A DNA stretch of 64,000 nt, from positions 744,001 through 808,000 of the forward strand of contig CP145410.1 in assembly GCA_036867785.1 (NCBI GenBank). Reading direction: 5' to 3'. Positions 10,523-21,800 of the stretch are shown piece after piece (position 1 is the stretch's first letter; each line of letters begins with the position of its first letter). The position numbers were made by a program, and so were the translations under genes. The notes under the pieces were generated by a model that was not told where the DNA came from, did no database searches, and saw only the letters and a program-made list of their open reading frames with translations. Source of the stretch: Plasmodiophora brassicae. Taxonomy: Eukaryota.

Positions 10523-11539
10523 TCATGCCAGCACGAATACAAGGCATGCAACAACGGCTGTTAAGATAGGCGCTACTGATAGCGATGATGAATTCTCGTC
10601 TTGCTGGGATGGTGGATCGGCGTTGGTGTTCTGCTTGGCCGAGTAATGTCTAGCAGCATAAGTTGCCGCAGCGGCCGCACCTAGCGCCGCTGCTCCAACG
10701 GCCGCGATCCTATTGAATCGTTGCCAAACGCTCTCCCGCACATCAGATCTGGGAGGTGAGTCCAGCACGGAAACACGTGTCTGGAGAGGAGAGGATTGAC
10801 TGGCACGCAATTGCTGTGTAAGGTAGAGGCCACCGGCTCCCAACGCCGTACCGACAATGCCCGCCCCGAGGATAGCACCCTTGTTTGGAACGCGTTTCGT
10901 GTAACGGACGCTCCAGCGGGCGCCGCGGTTCATCAGCAGATGTGTCGTATTCTCATTACTAATCAGGGCGGCGCTGATCCACAACGGGGTATACCCAAAG
11001 TACGTAGCAGCACTGACGTTAGCGCCGCCTTCGATCAGTGTCGGGACGATTTCTGGGCTGAAGTACACCGCAATGTGCAATGGAGTGACACCCGGTTCGC
11101 CTCGCCAGGAAACCGTTCGTGCAGATGCGGCACCCTTTGTCTTGCACAGGAGAGTGGCAGCATGCTCCAGTTCCTGACCCTTGATTTCGAGGGTGAATGC
11201 CACCCAGTGCAGCACAGTCATGGATAGCTTGGACGATCTCGTATCGGGCCGGGCGCGCTTATCTCGAATCATCTGCACGATATCTGGTATCTTGACAGAT
11301 GGTTTCCGTTCACGTAGACGTCTGGCCAGGTCCTTGACGGCACGTCGAATATCGCTCTGCAAAGGCGACAACCCTGACGCCATCGACAGCGGCCGAACGG
11401 CCTCGATGAGAGTGTCATCGAGTTCGTTCAACACCTGCTGCACAATGCCCTGCTTATCATGCCCGCTCCAGGCAGCGCTGCACACAGATATCGGCACCAG
11501 AACGATGATAATTGCAGGGCCCCAGGACGCCGACATCAT
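10523..11539 (-). CDS. Signal-peptide ankyrin-repeat protein with C-terminal hydrophobic segments (candidate effector/surface protein)
   Basis: N-terminal MMSASWGPAIIIVLVPISVCSA; ankyrin motifs GVTPLHIAV...LIEGGANVS and GYTPLWISAA...LLMNRGA; three hydrophobic stretches after the repeats; intronless. Confidence 0.85.
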   Translation of the reverse strand: MMSASWGPAIIIVLVPISVCSAAWSGHDKQGIVQQVLNELDDTLIEAVRPLSMASGLSPLQSDIRRAVKDLARRLRERKPSVKIPDIVQMIRDKRARPDTRSSKLSMTVLHWVAFTLEIKGQELEHAATLLCKTKGAASARTVSWRGEPGVTPLHIAVYFSPEIVPTLIEGGANVSAATYFGYTPLWISAALISNENTTHLLMNRGARWSVRYTKRVPNKGAILGAGIVGTALGAGGLYLTQQLRASQSSPLQTRVSVLDSPPRSDVRESVWQRFNRIAAVGAAALGAAAAATYAARHYSAKQNTNADPPSQQDENSSSLSVAPILTAVVACLVFVLA

Positions 11540-11789
11540 CCGTGCCGGTATACCGGGAGCAAGCAGCTGTTCGCCGTCGCGTGACTGACCGAATTTCTAA
11601 ATCGGGCATGACGACTGCACGGTGAAGGCCGCGCACCGACTGCTGCTGCTATTCCCGGTTGCGGCAATTACAGTAGCGAACCTCGCTGGGTCACGGCGGC
11701 AACGACGGCCGTCACTTGTCGAAAAGAACGGGCGGCCGCTGTCGTTTCGGTGTGTCGGATTCGGGGTTAGGAGAGGACCAGCGGCAACA

Positions 11790-12665
11790 ATGACGAGCGC
11801 GTACGGCACCGTCCTGGTTGTCGTTATCGTGCAGATGCTGTCACGGTCGAACGGCAAATCGGTGCCAATGCCGTCCACGACGCTGACGAAGACGCTGATG
11901 GATGAGGGTGTCAAGCTCGGGTATGGCGCGCTAAAGTCAGCCGCAACTAGCCTGGGATGGGCGGCCGTTGGCGATGTGGCACAGAAGGCGATCCTGACGG
12001 GCCTTCCGGATCAGCCGCTGCTGGCGAACGGCGAAGGGATGAAAATGATTACGGACGGGAGCGGCCAGTCCCTGCTGAAGCAGGAAGAGGGCAAGCCCCA
12101 GCTGTCAAAGGCGTTAATCGCCAGCACGCTCTATTCGTCGGTCGTGAACAACCTTCGTAACGACTTCGTCGGCAACGTCAAATCGGCGTTTATTGGTAGC
12201 GCGAGTTCGCGTGTTGCAGAATGGATCGCGCCCGAGCGGTATAAGTCTATGGCGTCCATGCTCGGGTACTATGCGCCCAGTTTCGTGGAGACTCTGATGG
12301 CACAACGCAAGACGAAGCAACAGATGGACGCGTTTGACGCGGCGACTACGCTGAAAGGGTTCGCCGCCCTCGTCGACAAGTACGGGAAGTCGTCGCTCCA
12401 CGAGGAGTGGCTCGAGGGGCTGCGCGCCAAGAACGAAATGTTCCGGTTCAAGAACCTGTTCGACACGTTCCGTCCGATGGCGAAGCTGACGGGCGCGGAC
12501 ACGCCCGAGTACGAACGCAAGTACACGCACAGCGTCCTGCTCAAATACCACCCCGACAAGCGCACCGAGGTCCTCACCGACACGGAAGAAGCGCTGTTCA
12601 CGACCTTCATGCACCTTGACGACAAGGACAATGGCCAGAACGACGAGCTGCGCCTCGAACAGTGA
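11790..12665 (+). CDS. Putative secreted protein with C-terminal J-domain-like HPD motif
   Basis: ATG 11790 gives MTSAYGTVLVVVIVQMLSRSNG (signal-like); intronless ORF with strong codon bias; ...RKYTHSVLLKYHPDK near C-terminus. Confidence 0.7.
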   Translation: MTSAYGTVLVVVIVQMLSRSNGKSVPMPSTTLTKTLMDEGVKLGYGALKSAATSLGWAAVGDVAQKAILTGLPDQPLLANGEGMKMITDGSGQSLLKQEEGKPQLSKALIASTLYSSVVNNLRNDFVGNVKSAFIGSASSRVAEWIAPERYKSMASMLGYYAPSFVETLMAQRKTKQQMDAFDAATTLKGFAALVDKYGKSSLHEEWLEGLRAKNEMFRFKNLFDTFRPMAKLTGADTPEYERKYTHSVLLKYHPDKRTEVLTDTEEALFTTFMHLDDKDNGQNDELRLEQ

Positions 12666-12724
12666 ACGATTCCGACCGGCCAACAATACTACAGTATGCT
12701 CCTTTGTGTTTCAGTGTTTACTTA

Positions 12725-15700
12725 TCATCTTGGTGTTCCTGAGCGCCAGGGTCGCCAACCTTTAGCCCTCGCTTTCGGTGACGGCTGCTTCGTGGCCTGG
12801 TTTGAAGGGACGTCAGCCGGCACGGCATCAGGTGTTTCATCTTCGGTTGCGCCTTCTTCGTCGGCGTCCTTGACATCATCCGTCCCCGGTTGTGGCCGGA
12901 TAGGTTGCTCGGGAGGCACCCATCGTGTACCCATCACGGCATGGTCGACTAGAGTCTTCACCAGCTCACGTAGCTTGGCCTGAGCATCGAACCTCGTGTT
13001 GGGAACGTCAAAGTCGACGTACCCGAACCCCTACAGCGGTGTCACCCATTGACACGGTCGATTGTTCCGCATCCCACGTCATACCCATTCTGTTGACGAT
13101 ACGCGAACTCGTTGCTCAACAGGCGCCGCCTGCAACCGTTGCGATTGCAACCGCATCCTCAATGTATACTACGGCAACCATCAGGAGCCACCGCCGACAC
13201 ATTTCCATTACTGTCAAGGTACCTGTCGGCGGTGCTCTTCGTCGTTGCGATCCTCGATCGTCCACGTGTCGATCGCCCGGGACGTTGCATAGCAAACGGC
13301 AATTGAGTGGGACCCGCTGAAGACGGCCAGGTCGGATGGCGTTCTGCCTTGCGACGAACCCGGCAGGGCGATCTTCATGACGGTGGCGCCCGTGCTCAGC
13401 GAGATCACGGAGACGAATGTCGGCGACACGACCGTCAGTACGAATATGAAATCGGTGCCAGGCGGATCGAACACGTTGCTGATACGCCACACAGCGATCT
13501 GGGCACCCGTTGCCGACTCCAGATCGTCGGCAACGGCGATATCGGCAACGTGACGGAAGCGCTCTTCGCTGTCCTGCGCTTTCCCGTCGATGCTTCCGAC
13601 GTGGAAAGAGGCGCGAGACGCGCGATTGCCAACGGTGTCCTTCGGGAACCAGGACAAGATCACGAGGTCTGTCCCGGTCGGCGTCATCTGAGCACCGATC
13701 AGCGACGCACGACGCTGCCGGCACCGCACAGGGCGACGTTCGTGGGCGATTAGCCGACCCTGGTCGCGTCTGAACGCATGTGTCCAGCATTCCCCATCAC
13801 CTGCCTGCGGGTACAACGTATCCGGCGATCGCGACCGCCAGGAACGATACCCGGCCGTCACCAGGCGCCGTCGAAGCGCGTCCTCGTAGGCAGCACCGTT
13901 GAGCAGGTCGATCGGGACGCCGGCCGGAGGGAAGAGTTGCTGAGCGGGTCGCGACCTGTCGTCGTCGAAGTACGTTTCGGCGACCGAAACGTGGAACCGG
14001 CGACGGGGCTGGAACCAGTCGAAGCCCGACAGGCGATCGGTGCGCCAGACGATGACGTACCCGTCCTTGTCGGCGCTGACCAGATCGGTATCGGCCAGGA
14101 AATCCATCATGCAGATCGACGACCGGTGCCCATGGTGGAACTCGCGGCGAACGAACCCGCCGCCTGGCGCTGACACAGGCCCTGGTTCGCGTGACGCCGC
14201 CGACCGCCCTGATGGGTCATCAGCCAGCGCGTTCCTGACGGTCACGAGCGATACTGACAACCTGTCAGCATCTGGGCGGTGGCGTTCGACGTGTTCCATC
14301 GGACGAGGTCGCCGTTGTCCATGCCGACAACAACACTGGGCGTGTCCAGGTTAAACGTGACGGCTCTGTGCACCGCGATCGCAGACGGCACCGGGTGCGG
14401 CGGGTCGATCACGACGAACGCGCTCGCCACCTCGTCCGACATGTTCCTCTTGGGCGGGTCCGGCTTCTTACTGACCAGATCGACGAACGAGATCTCGTCG
14501 ACACGACGGGGCACCCGCGGTGCGACCGACGAGGCGCCCGGCTCCCCGACGGCAACGTCCCACAGGGCGACCGTACCCTTCGTCGTTGCGGTCGCGGCCG
14601 ACAGAAGACGCGACCATGGCCCTGATGCCATCAGCTTCCACCTTCGGGCCGTTCGGTCAGTGAAAGTTTCGACGTCAGGCCTGACCTGGTCGTCACGTAC
14701 CGTCGCGAATGGCCAATGCCGGGCAATTGCCGATGGGTGTGCCCGGTGGCGACCTCGGCCACCTCCAGCGACCCGTCGGTGCCCGCCCCCAGCACGAATC
14801 GTCCGGATGCATCGCCCCGAACGGCGACATACCCGCCGGCTGTGACGATCCCAGTTCATCCATGTACCGCCGGCGCGTCCGAGGCCGACCATTTCGTGTT
14901 TGTACCTTGCCCATGGACGGTGGTCAGAGCGGCGTGCCAGGCTTTACAGTAGGCCTCCTCGAACGACCCTGTGGGCGGTTGCCCGGCGAACCCATCGACA
15001 TCCACCACGACGACGCCTTCGTCCTCGTCGATCTCCTTGCGCTCGGTGGCGTCGTCGACCGGCCCGTCGACGGCCACCACCTTCCTCCTTCGTTTCTGGT
15101 TCTTGGACGCGTCAGGGCGCGCTCGGAGCCGCCCCAGCAACGTCCTCCGCCTGTCGTGCGCCCCACGTTCGGCATCGCGTTTCGCTTCGAACACGTCGGC
15201 GCGGGTCACCACGTTGCCGTGCCGGAACCGTCGACGGCCACGACGACGGCCATCCGCGTGCAGGTCGACGACGACGTCATACGCTCTGGACACGTCGTCG
15301 GTTGCCTGTCCGATCAGGCCGCCGATGATGACGTCCTTCACCAACGCGGACACGTCGTCGCGTGCCTTGCACACATGATCGGCGATCTGCCGCAGCAGGC
15401 TGTCGACGCCGTCACGAAGAAGGCCTTCCCAGACGAGAACCAGCGCCCGCTTCCGCTCATGCTCGCTCGCCTGCGCGTCGATCTCCATGCACGCACGCGC
15501 CCACTGTCGCTGGCGCTCCTCGAGTTCGCCCTCGTCGACGGGCAGCATCGCCGCGATCTGCCCCATGGCGCGAGGCACGACCACGTTGTCGACGATCGCC
15601 CGCATGGACCAGTAGATCGGGACCTGCCAGTCCGGGTACGACCCTGGGCCCATGTCGTCGGCGCCGACCCGGCCCACCCGAGCGCTGTCGGTCGCTAGCC

Positions 15701-16634
15701 GCGCGCGCCGCTCCACCAACAGGCGCCGCCCTTCCACCAACCGTTCCTGAACGCGAGCCACCATCTCCTGGACCGGCTCGATCGCGGGCTCCGGCGGCCT
15801 GTCGTCGTCGTCCGTGGCGTTCGCGAGGACGAACGGGGTCGGCGGTGCGTCGCCGAGCTCGATGGCCTCCAGCACGTCGACGCCACGCGCGGCCAGCAGC
15901 GTGTGCCGCTGCTTCCGTTCGAGAAGCGACCGCGTCTGTGCGGCCAGGGCGCGACGTTGCTCGGTCAGACGGCGTTGCGCCTCGTCGCGATCCATGCGGG
16001 CGCGGTCCATCTCCAGACGGCGCTTGGCCAGCGCCGCCTCCAGGATGCGTGTGGCGGGCGACGTCCCATCCGACGACGGCTTCAACAGGTCGGCAACCGC
16101 CTCGGTCGCGCCGTCGTTGAGCAATTCGCGCTGCAACGAGTCCGCCTTCTGCAGCAGATACCGCATGTCGTCGACGCTGGCGCGGTCGCGTCCGCTGATC
16201 TCGCAGCGGATGGCGAGCAGCTGGGCGTGTCGTGCCCTGATCAGCCGCTCCAGGTTGGCGCGATTGTCCCGCATCTGCCCGAGCTCGATGTCGGCGTACC
16301 GGACCAGGTCCAGGTGCTTCTGGCAGGTCAGCCGGTGCAGGTGCTCGGCCAGCGCGTTCTCCTGCTCGACCAGGTCGCGCAGCTCCACCTCGTGGTCGAC
16401 GACCTGGCTCTGCAGGTCCCGGCGGCGGGTACGCGCCTCCTCGATCGCCCGCTCGTGCCGCTGCAGGTCCTCCTGGAGGCGGGCCCGCACCTGGGCGCGC
16501 TCGTCCTTCCCGAACCGACGTACGAGGTCGCGAGCCCTGCCGACCTGCGCCTGCTTCTCGGCCAGCTCCGCCTCGAGCGCCGCCAGGCTCGCCGCTGTTG
16601 GCACCTGCGACGACGACGGCGCTCGGGAATGCAT
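12725..16634 (-). CDS. Coiled-coil plus WD40-like beta-propeller protein (single multi-exon gene joining several ORF-track entries)
   Basis: Long heptad-rich N-terminal ORF; introns near 14835-14905 and 14645-14700 join it in frame to ASGRFVLGAGTDGSLEVAEVATG, KGTVALWDV, VVVGMDNGDLVRWN, GHRSSICMMDF...LVSADKDGYVIVW (WD40 motifs). Confidence 0.65.
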
Positions 16635-16780
16635 CGATAGCGCGCCCAGCGGTCGCCTTGGCACGAGCGGCGTCCTGGGACAGCACGACCGCGTTCCAGG
16701 ACGTCAGCGGGCAGGGGCTGCGCCGCTTTGCTGCTGGGCGGGCGATCGTCGACGCGACTAGGTAGCGGCAGGCAGGGACG

Positions 16781-18094
16781 ATGACGACCAGGAGGAAGGC
16801 ACCAGCGCCAGCGAGGAATGGTGGTCGGGTCGCGACCACCAGGCGACGGTACACATTGGGTGACGTTCCGGACGGGGTCCTGACGAACGCGCTGGCCTGG
16901 TTGGCGTTCGACGACCTCCTGCGGGTCGCCTGTGTCGACAGGCGGTTCGAGCGCCTCCTGGAGCAGGACGCTCGCCTGTGGGCGCTGTCGTACGGTCGCA
17001 GGTTCCCGAACAGGGGGCTGCTAAGCGATGCGGGCGCGTCCCCCGCTGACGTTCGCCGGGCGTACTGGAGCGCGACGCAGGCGGTGGCGCGCGCCCTGTT
17101 CGCCAAGTTCATGAAGGCCATGCCGAAGACGGCCCTGATGACGGACGGCGGCCCGCAGTGCTCCCGGAAGATCGTCGACAGGCTGGACGTGCGATTACGG
17201 GTGTCGGTCGACGTCAGAGACCCGGGGGGCACCGGGCGGCGACGACGGATCCCGTTGGTGATGTCGCTGAAGGCACTGCAGGTCCACCGGCACTCCCTCG
17301 TGGGCAAGTTCGTCAGCCGCCACGAGATCGACGCCGGCGATGTCGAACGCGTCGTCGTCCGCGTCGTCAGCCACCGCCTGCTCTCAGCGGCGACGATCTG
17401 CGAGGCCGACGCCCCCCTGGAGTGGCACCCGCTGGGGCGGTCGTCCTCCGCCCTGCCAGGGATCACCATGCGAGAGCTGACGGGCGCGCCCGGGGGCGCC
17501 TCCGTCGCCATGGTCGCCGAGTCGCAGGGCCCGTTCGCGTTCCTGATCGTCAGCGCCCCGCTGTTCCTCATCTGCGCCCGACTGGTCGCTGCCGACCATC
17601 GACGCCCGATCCCGGTGCTCAGGGCGCCGTCGTTGAGGCAGCGCCCGACGTCGCTGCTCCTGGCCGTGCGAGACGCGCAGCGGACCGTCTGGGAGCACAC
17701 GTTCAGGGACATGGTCCCGGCGGAGGGGGCCGCGACCACGTACAGGCTGGTGGGCGGGCCGACGCACAGCCCCGAGTATCGCCTGGCGACGCCGGACCGC
17801 CGGTGGCGATTCCGGCTGGGCGCGCTCCCCGGCGGCCACTTCCCGAACATGGCGGCCGTCGACGCCACCGTCGTCGGCGACCGGGGCATGCGCATGTGGA
17901 CCTGCTGTCGCATGGCGCCCGGCGTCCGGCTCGACGCGCTGGTCGACAGCGAGTTCGCGGCCCTGTCGTTCCGGTGCATGGACGGGCGGGCGGTCCACCG
18001 GTACGAGGTCGCCGACGGCGACGTCCGCCTACGGATCGATGTCGTCGACGGCGACGACATCATCGGCCTGGACCTGACCCTGCCGCGCACGTAA
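16781..18094 (+). CDS. F-box protein
   Basis: LGDVPDGVLTNALAWLAFDDLLRVACVDRRFERLLEQDARLW is an F-box consensus near the N-terminus; intronless 437-aa ORF. Confidence 0.8.
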   Translation: MTTRRKAPAPARNGGRVATTRRRYTLGDVPDGVLTNALAWLAFDDLLRVACVDRRFERLLEQDARLWALSYGRRFPNRGLLSDAGASPADVRRAYWSATQAVARALFAKFMKAMPKTALMTDGGPQCSRKIVDRLDVRLRVSVDVRDPGGTGRRRRIPLVMSLKALQVHRHSLVGKFVSRHEIDAGDVERVVVRVVSHRLLSAATICEADAPLEWHPLGRSSSALPGITMRELTGAPGGASVAMVAESQGPFAFLIVSAPLFLICARLVAADHRRPIPVLRAPSLRQRPTSLLLAVRDAQRTVWEHTFRDMVPAEGAATTYRLVGGPTHSPEYRLATPDRRWRFRLGALPGGHFPNMAAVDATVVGDRGMRMWTCCRMAPGVRLDALVDSEFAALSFRCMDGRAVHRYEVADGDVRLRIDVVDGDDIIGLDLTLPRT

Positions 18095-18131
18095 AGCGTC
18101 ATCGCCTATCGCGCTGTGGGAGACTGTATTG

Positions 18132-18488
18132 TCAGAGGTAGGAGCGCCCCGGGATCCTCGCCAGATACGCCTCCAGCTGCGTATGCGATGCGGGCACTCG
18201 CGCGCGACGCCGATAACGCGAGTACGGGTTCCACTCATCGTCATCGTAGGGCGCGTAGGCGGAAGAGGTGGGCGGCGGCGGCGGCGGCGGCATCCGCTCC
18301 CTGAAGTCGTCGTCGTCGTCGTCCGGGTAGAACGGGGCCAGGCCGCTGTCCCATTTGGGCGGCCCCCGGTACGTGGCCGAGATCACGAAGACGCGGGGTG
18401 CAGGGCGCGCGGCCTGCACCCCGCTGCCCGGGCACAGGATGGCGGCGGCGGCGATGCCCAGCAGCAGCAGCAGCACGGCGCTGGCCAT
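18132..18488 (-). CDS. Small secreted protein (~118 aa)
   Basis: MASAVLLLLLGIAAAAILCPGSGVQA signal peptide; acidic and poly-Pro tracts; basic cluster RYRRRAR before a short C-terminal peptide. Confidence 0.7.
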   Translation of the reverse strand: MASAVLLLLLGIAAAAILCPGSGVQAARPAPRVFVISATYRGPPKWDSGLAPFYPDDDDDDFRERMPPPPPPPTSSAYAPYDDDEWNPYSRYRRRARVPASHTQLEAYLARIPGRSYL

Positions 18489-18883
18489 TGGCACCGCCTC
18501 TAAATTCAGCTGTGCCACAACCCAGACCAGCAGCGGGCCGGCGCGAGGTCTCTCTGTGCGGTCGACCGCGTCGTTCCGGTCGGCACATTGCGGGTGATGA
18601 CGTCACGCGTCCCCCATTTTGACATAACGCGATCGCGCGCCGCCGCCCATGATCGGGTTCCAGAACCTTCCATGCAGGAGCGCGCTTGTGACCTTCGGGT
18701 CGGTGTTCGATGACGATATCTGGCTCGTTTGGGGGAGGCACCGCAGCGACCGGGCACAGTCTGGTACTCCCCGCTGTATCGTAGCGATGGGCGCCGGGCC
18801 ACGTTACGCGAGTGGACGACGACGCCGGTCCCCTCGCCTCGCGCGGGGTGGGCGCCCGTCATTGTCCGATGTCGGATGCGGCA

Positions 18884-21800
18884 ATGATCATGGGTAGATC
18901 GCTGGTTCGGTGGCTGGCCGTGGCGGCGATCGCCGCCCGCGTGGCGACCGCTGTGGTCATCGACCCGACCAAGCTTCGCCAGGAGGTGCACTGGTCCGGG
19001 GCGTCCAGCGTCGTGGCGATCGATTTCGCCAAAGACGGGTACGTTCTGGGCTGGCCCCTGCCGAGATGCGGTGCGCGCCCGCCTCATCATGACGCGCCGC
19101 CGTGCAGGTCCGTCTTCCTGACCGAGAAGGACGGGCGTATTCGGTTGTACCCGTCGATCGAGGCGGACGAGAACGACTTCGTGTACGTGTTCGACCAGGA
19201 GTACGAGAAGACGTACACGTGGTGGGATCGAGGCATGCTGGGGGTGGCCGTCGACCAGAACTATCCGGACGCGCCCTTCCTCTGGGTGTTCTACTCAGTG
19301 AACCGCCTGCCGGGCCTGGACGGCCCCGACTTCAACCTGTTCGACAAGACGACGTGCCCGGCGGATCGGCACAGCTACTGTGGCACGGCCGCACACCTCG
19401 TCCGGGTTCGCGTCGACGTCCCGAGGCGCAAGGGCACCATCGAGCAGGTCCTCGTGTCCGACTGGTGCAGCGCCTCCGGGTCGCATCACATTGGCGACCT
19501 GGTCTGGGCGCCCGACGGCGGCCTGTACCTGACGGCCGGCGACGGCGCCTCGTTCGACTTTGGCGACGTGGGCGTGCCCACTGACCGGTGCTACAACCAC
19601 GACGACCCGCGCCTGCAAGGGTCCTTCCGGTCGCAGCACATGGAGTACCTGCAGGGCAAGCTCCTGTACTTCAGCAAGGAGTCGCTCATGGCCGACCGCG
19701 TCCTGTCGCTGAAGAACAACGATTTCAAGGTGCGTATCTACTGTATCGGAGGACGCGACGACGCCCGCCGTATGCTGACCGTGTTGTCGTAGATCCTCGC
19801 CAAGGGCCTTCGGAACCCGTATCGGTTCACAGTGGACCCCTACACGGTGCGGCGCGTGTGAACGCGGGCTTGCCCATGTGTGCGGTGCTGATCTCGGCAC
19901 ACAGGGCGACCTGTACGTCGGCGACGTCGGGTCGGACTACTGGGAGGAGATCAACCGTGTGCCGAACCCGCTGGACCCGGCCAACGCGGGCAAGATGCCC
20001 AACTTTGGCTGGCCGTGCTACGAGGGCAACTACCCGTACGTGGTGTTCGCCCCGAACAACTACCCGATCTGTCTGGCGTTGGCGGAGGACCCTCTGTACC
20101 ACCCGCCCTTCTTCTCCTGTAGGCAGCCCCGCGTTTCAGCGCCGGTGCCCGTCGCCCCGTGTGGTGTGTGCCGACCCCCTACTGTGTCTGCCCAGATACG
20201 CGGCAGGCGGCGATGCCCAGCGACGATCCCGACCTGACGCACTGCGACGCCGTCAACGTGTCGCCGACCGGCTTCATGTTCTACACGGGCGACTTCCTCG
20301 ACGAACAGTTCCGCAAGAAGCTCTTCTGGCTGGACGGTCGGTGGTGCGCCGACCTCCTGGGCGCGGTCCCGCCCATCTGACCACCCGTCCGGACAGGTTC
20401 CAAGCGCTGCGCCTTCTACTTTGACAATGACGGCAACGGGCGGCCGGACCCGACGAAGCTCCACACGGTGCTGTGGACGCCCGAGGTCATGAACCAGCAG
20501 ACGGGCAAGATGGCCAAGCCGGGGCAGTGGGTCGACGTGCGTCCTGCCACGCGTTCCATGATGGACGCTGCCGGTGTGCCCGTCGGGGTCCTGACGTGCA
20601 TGCCTTGCAGATCAAGATGGCCCCGGACGGCGTCGTCTACATTGTCGACTTCTTCGACAGCAACGTGCACAGACTGCTGGCGCAGGGCGTCGTCACCGAC
20701 CCGTACGCGTACATCGACACGGCCAAGTCCAGGTCGCTGGACGTGCCGTTCACGACCATCCTGGACGGGTCGCGGTCGACGACGCTGAACCCGGGTGCCA
20801 CCATCGCCACGTTCCACTGGGACTTTGGCAACGGCAAGATCATGTCGGGCGACCGCAGCGGGTTCGAGAAGGTCGAGGTCACCTTCGACTACGGCGTCCA
20901 CACCGTCAAGCTCACGGTACGGTGCGGCGTCCTCGTTTTCAACGTGCCGGCGCGCGCTGAGCACTCGTTCGTGTTGTGCCTGCACCACAGGTCACAGATA
21001 CAGTCGGTACGTGTGTCACTATCAGCCCGACGAGGACGTCGTTCGCTGAACCGTTCATTGCTTGGACAGGGCGTTCGAAGACGACGACGGCGACGGTGTC
21101 GTCGGGCGTCTTCTTCGACTACAACGTCGATTTCCATCCGCGCTCGCACGAATGGGACCTGTCGGACACGATCGCGTGGCAGGCGTCGATCGTGACCGAG
21201 AACGGCGAGCCGGTCGCCGCCGACAAGCTGAACTGGCGCGTCGTCGTCGATCACTGCGTCGAGTCCATCTGCGGCGATCGCGTCGACTGCCACGTGCACC
21301 CAGGTACGGGCGGTGCGCGCCCGCTCCACGCCTGCCGGGTTCGAGGCTGGCTCCTGACGCACGCTGCTGTGACAGTCGACATTGACACGCGATCGAGGAC
21401 GGGCGCCCTGGGGCAGTTCCGTCCGTTCTCGCACGAGTTGCCATCGTTCTGGGAGGTCGGTCACGCGTCCCGGCGACGGCGCACGTCGACGCGGTGGGCA
21501 ACCATGTGTGTGACTTAGCTGGGTGGGCAGGTGTCGGTGACGGCGGAGCACCCGCGCTTCCCCGGGTTCTTCGGCACGCACGCGTTCCAGACGAGCTCGC
21601 GGTACATCCAGATCGTCCTGGAGACGCAGCCGATGGGCCTGCCGCTGAACGTCTGCCCGAAGACGCCCTGCTACAAGAGCATCATGGCGGGGACCATCAC
21701 GGAGATGTTCGCCCTGGGCGTCGTCACCGACGGCACCGACCTGTACCGGTTCGAGCACTGGGACGTGCCCGGCGCCCCGAACGACACCCGGTGCGCACCG

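Noticed and set aside
14856-16664. Stand-alone 602-aa coiled-coil gene as listed in the ORF track
   Set aside because: GT-AG introns join it in frame to downstream WD40 exons; treated as one gene
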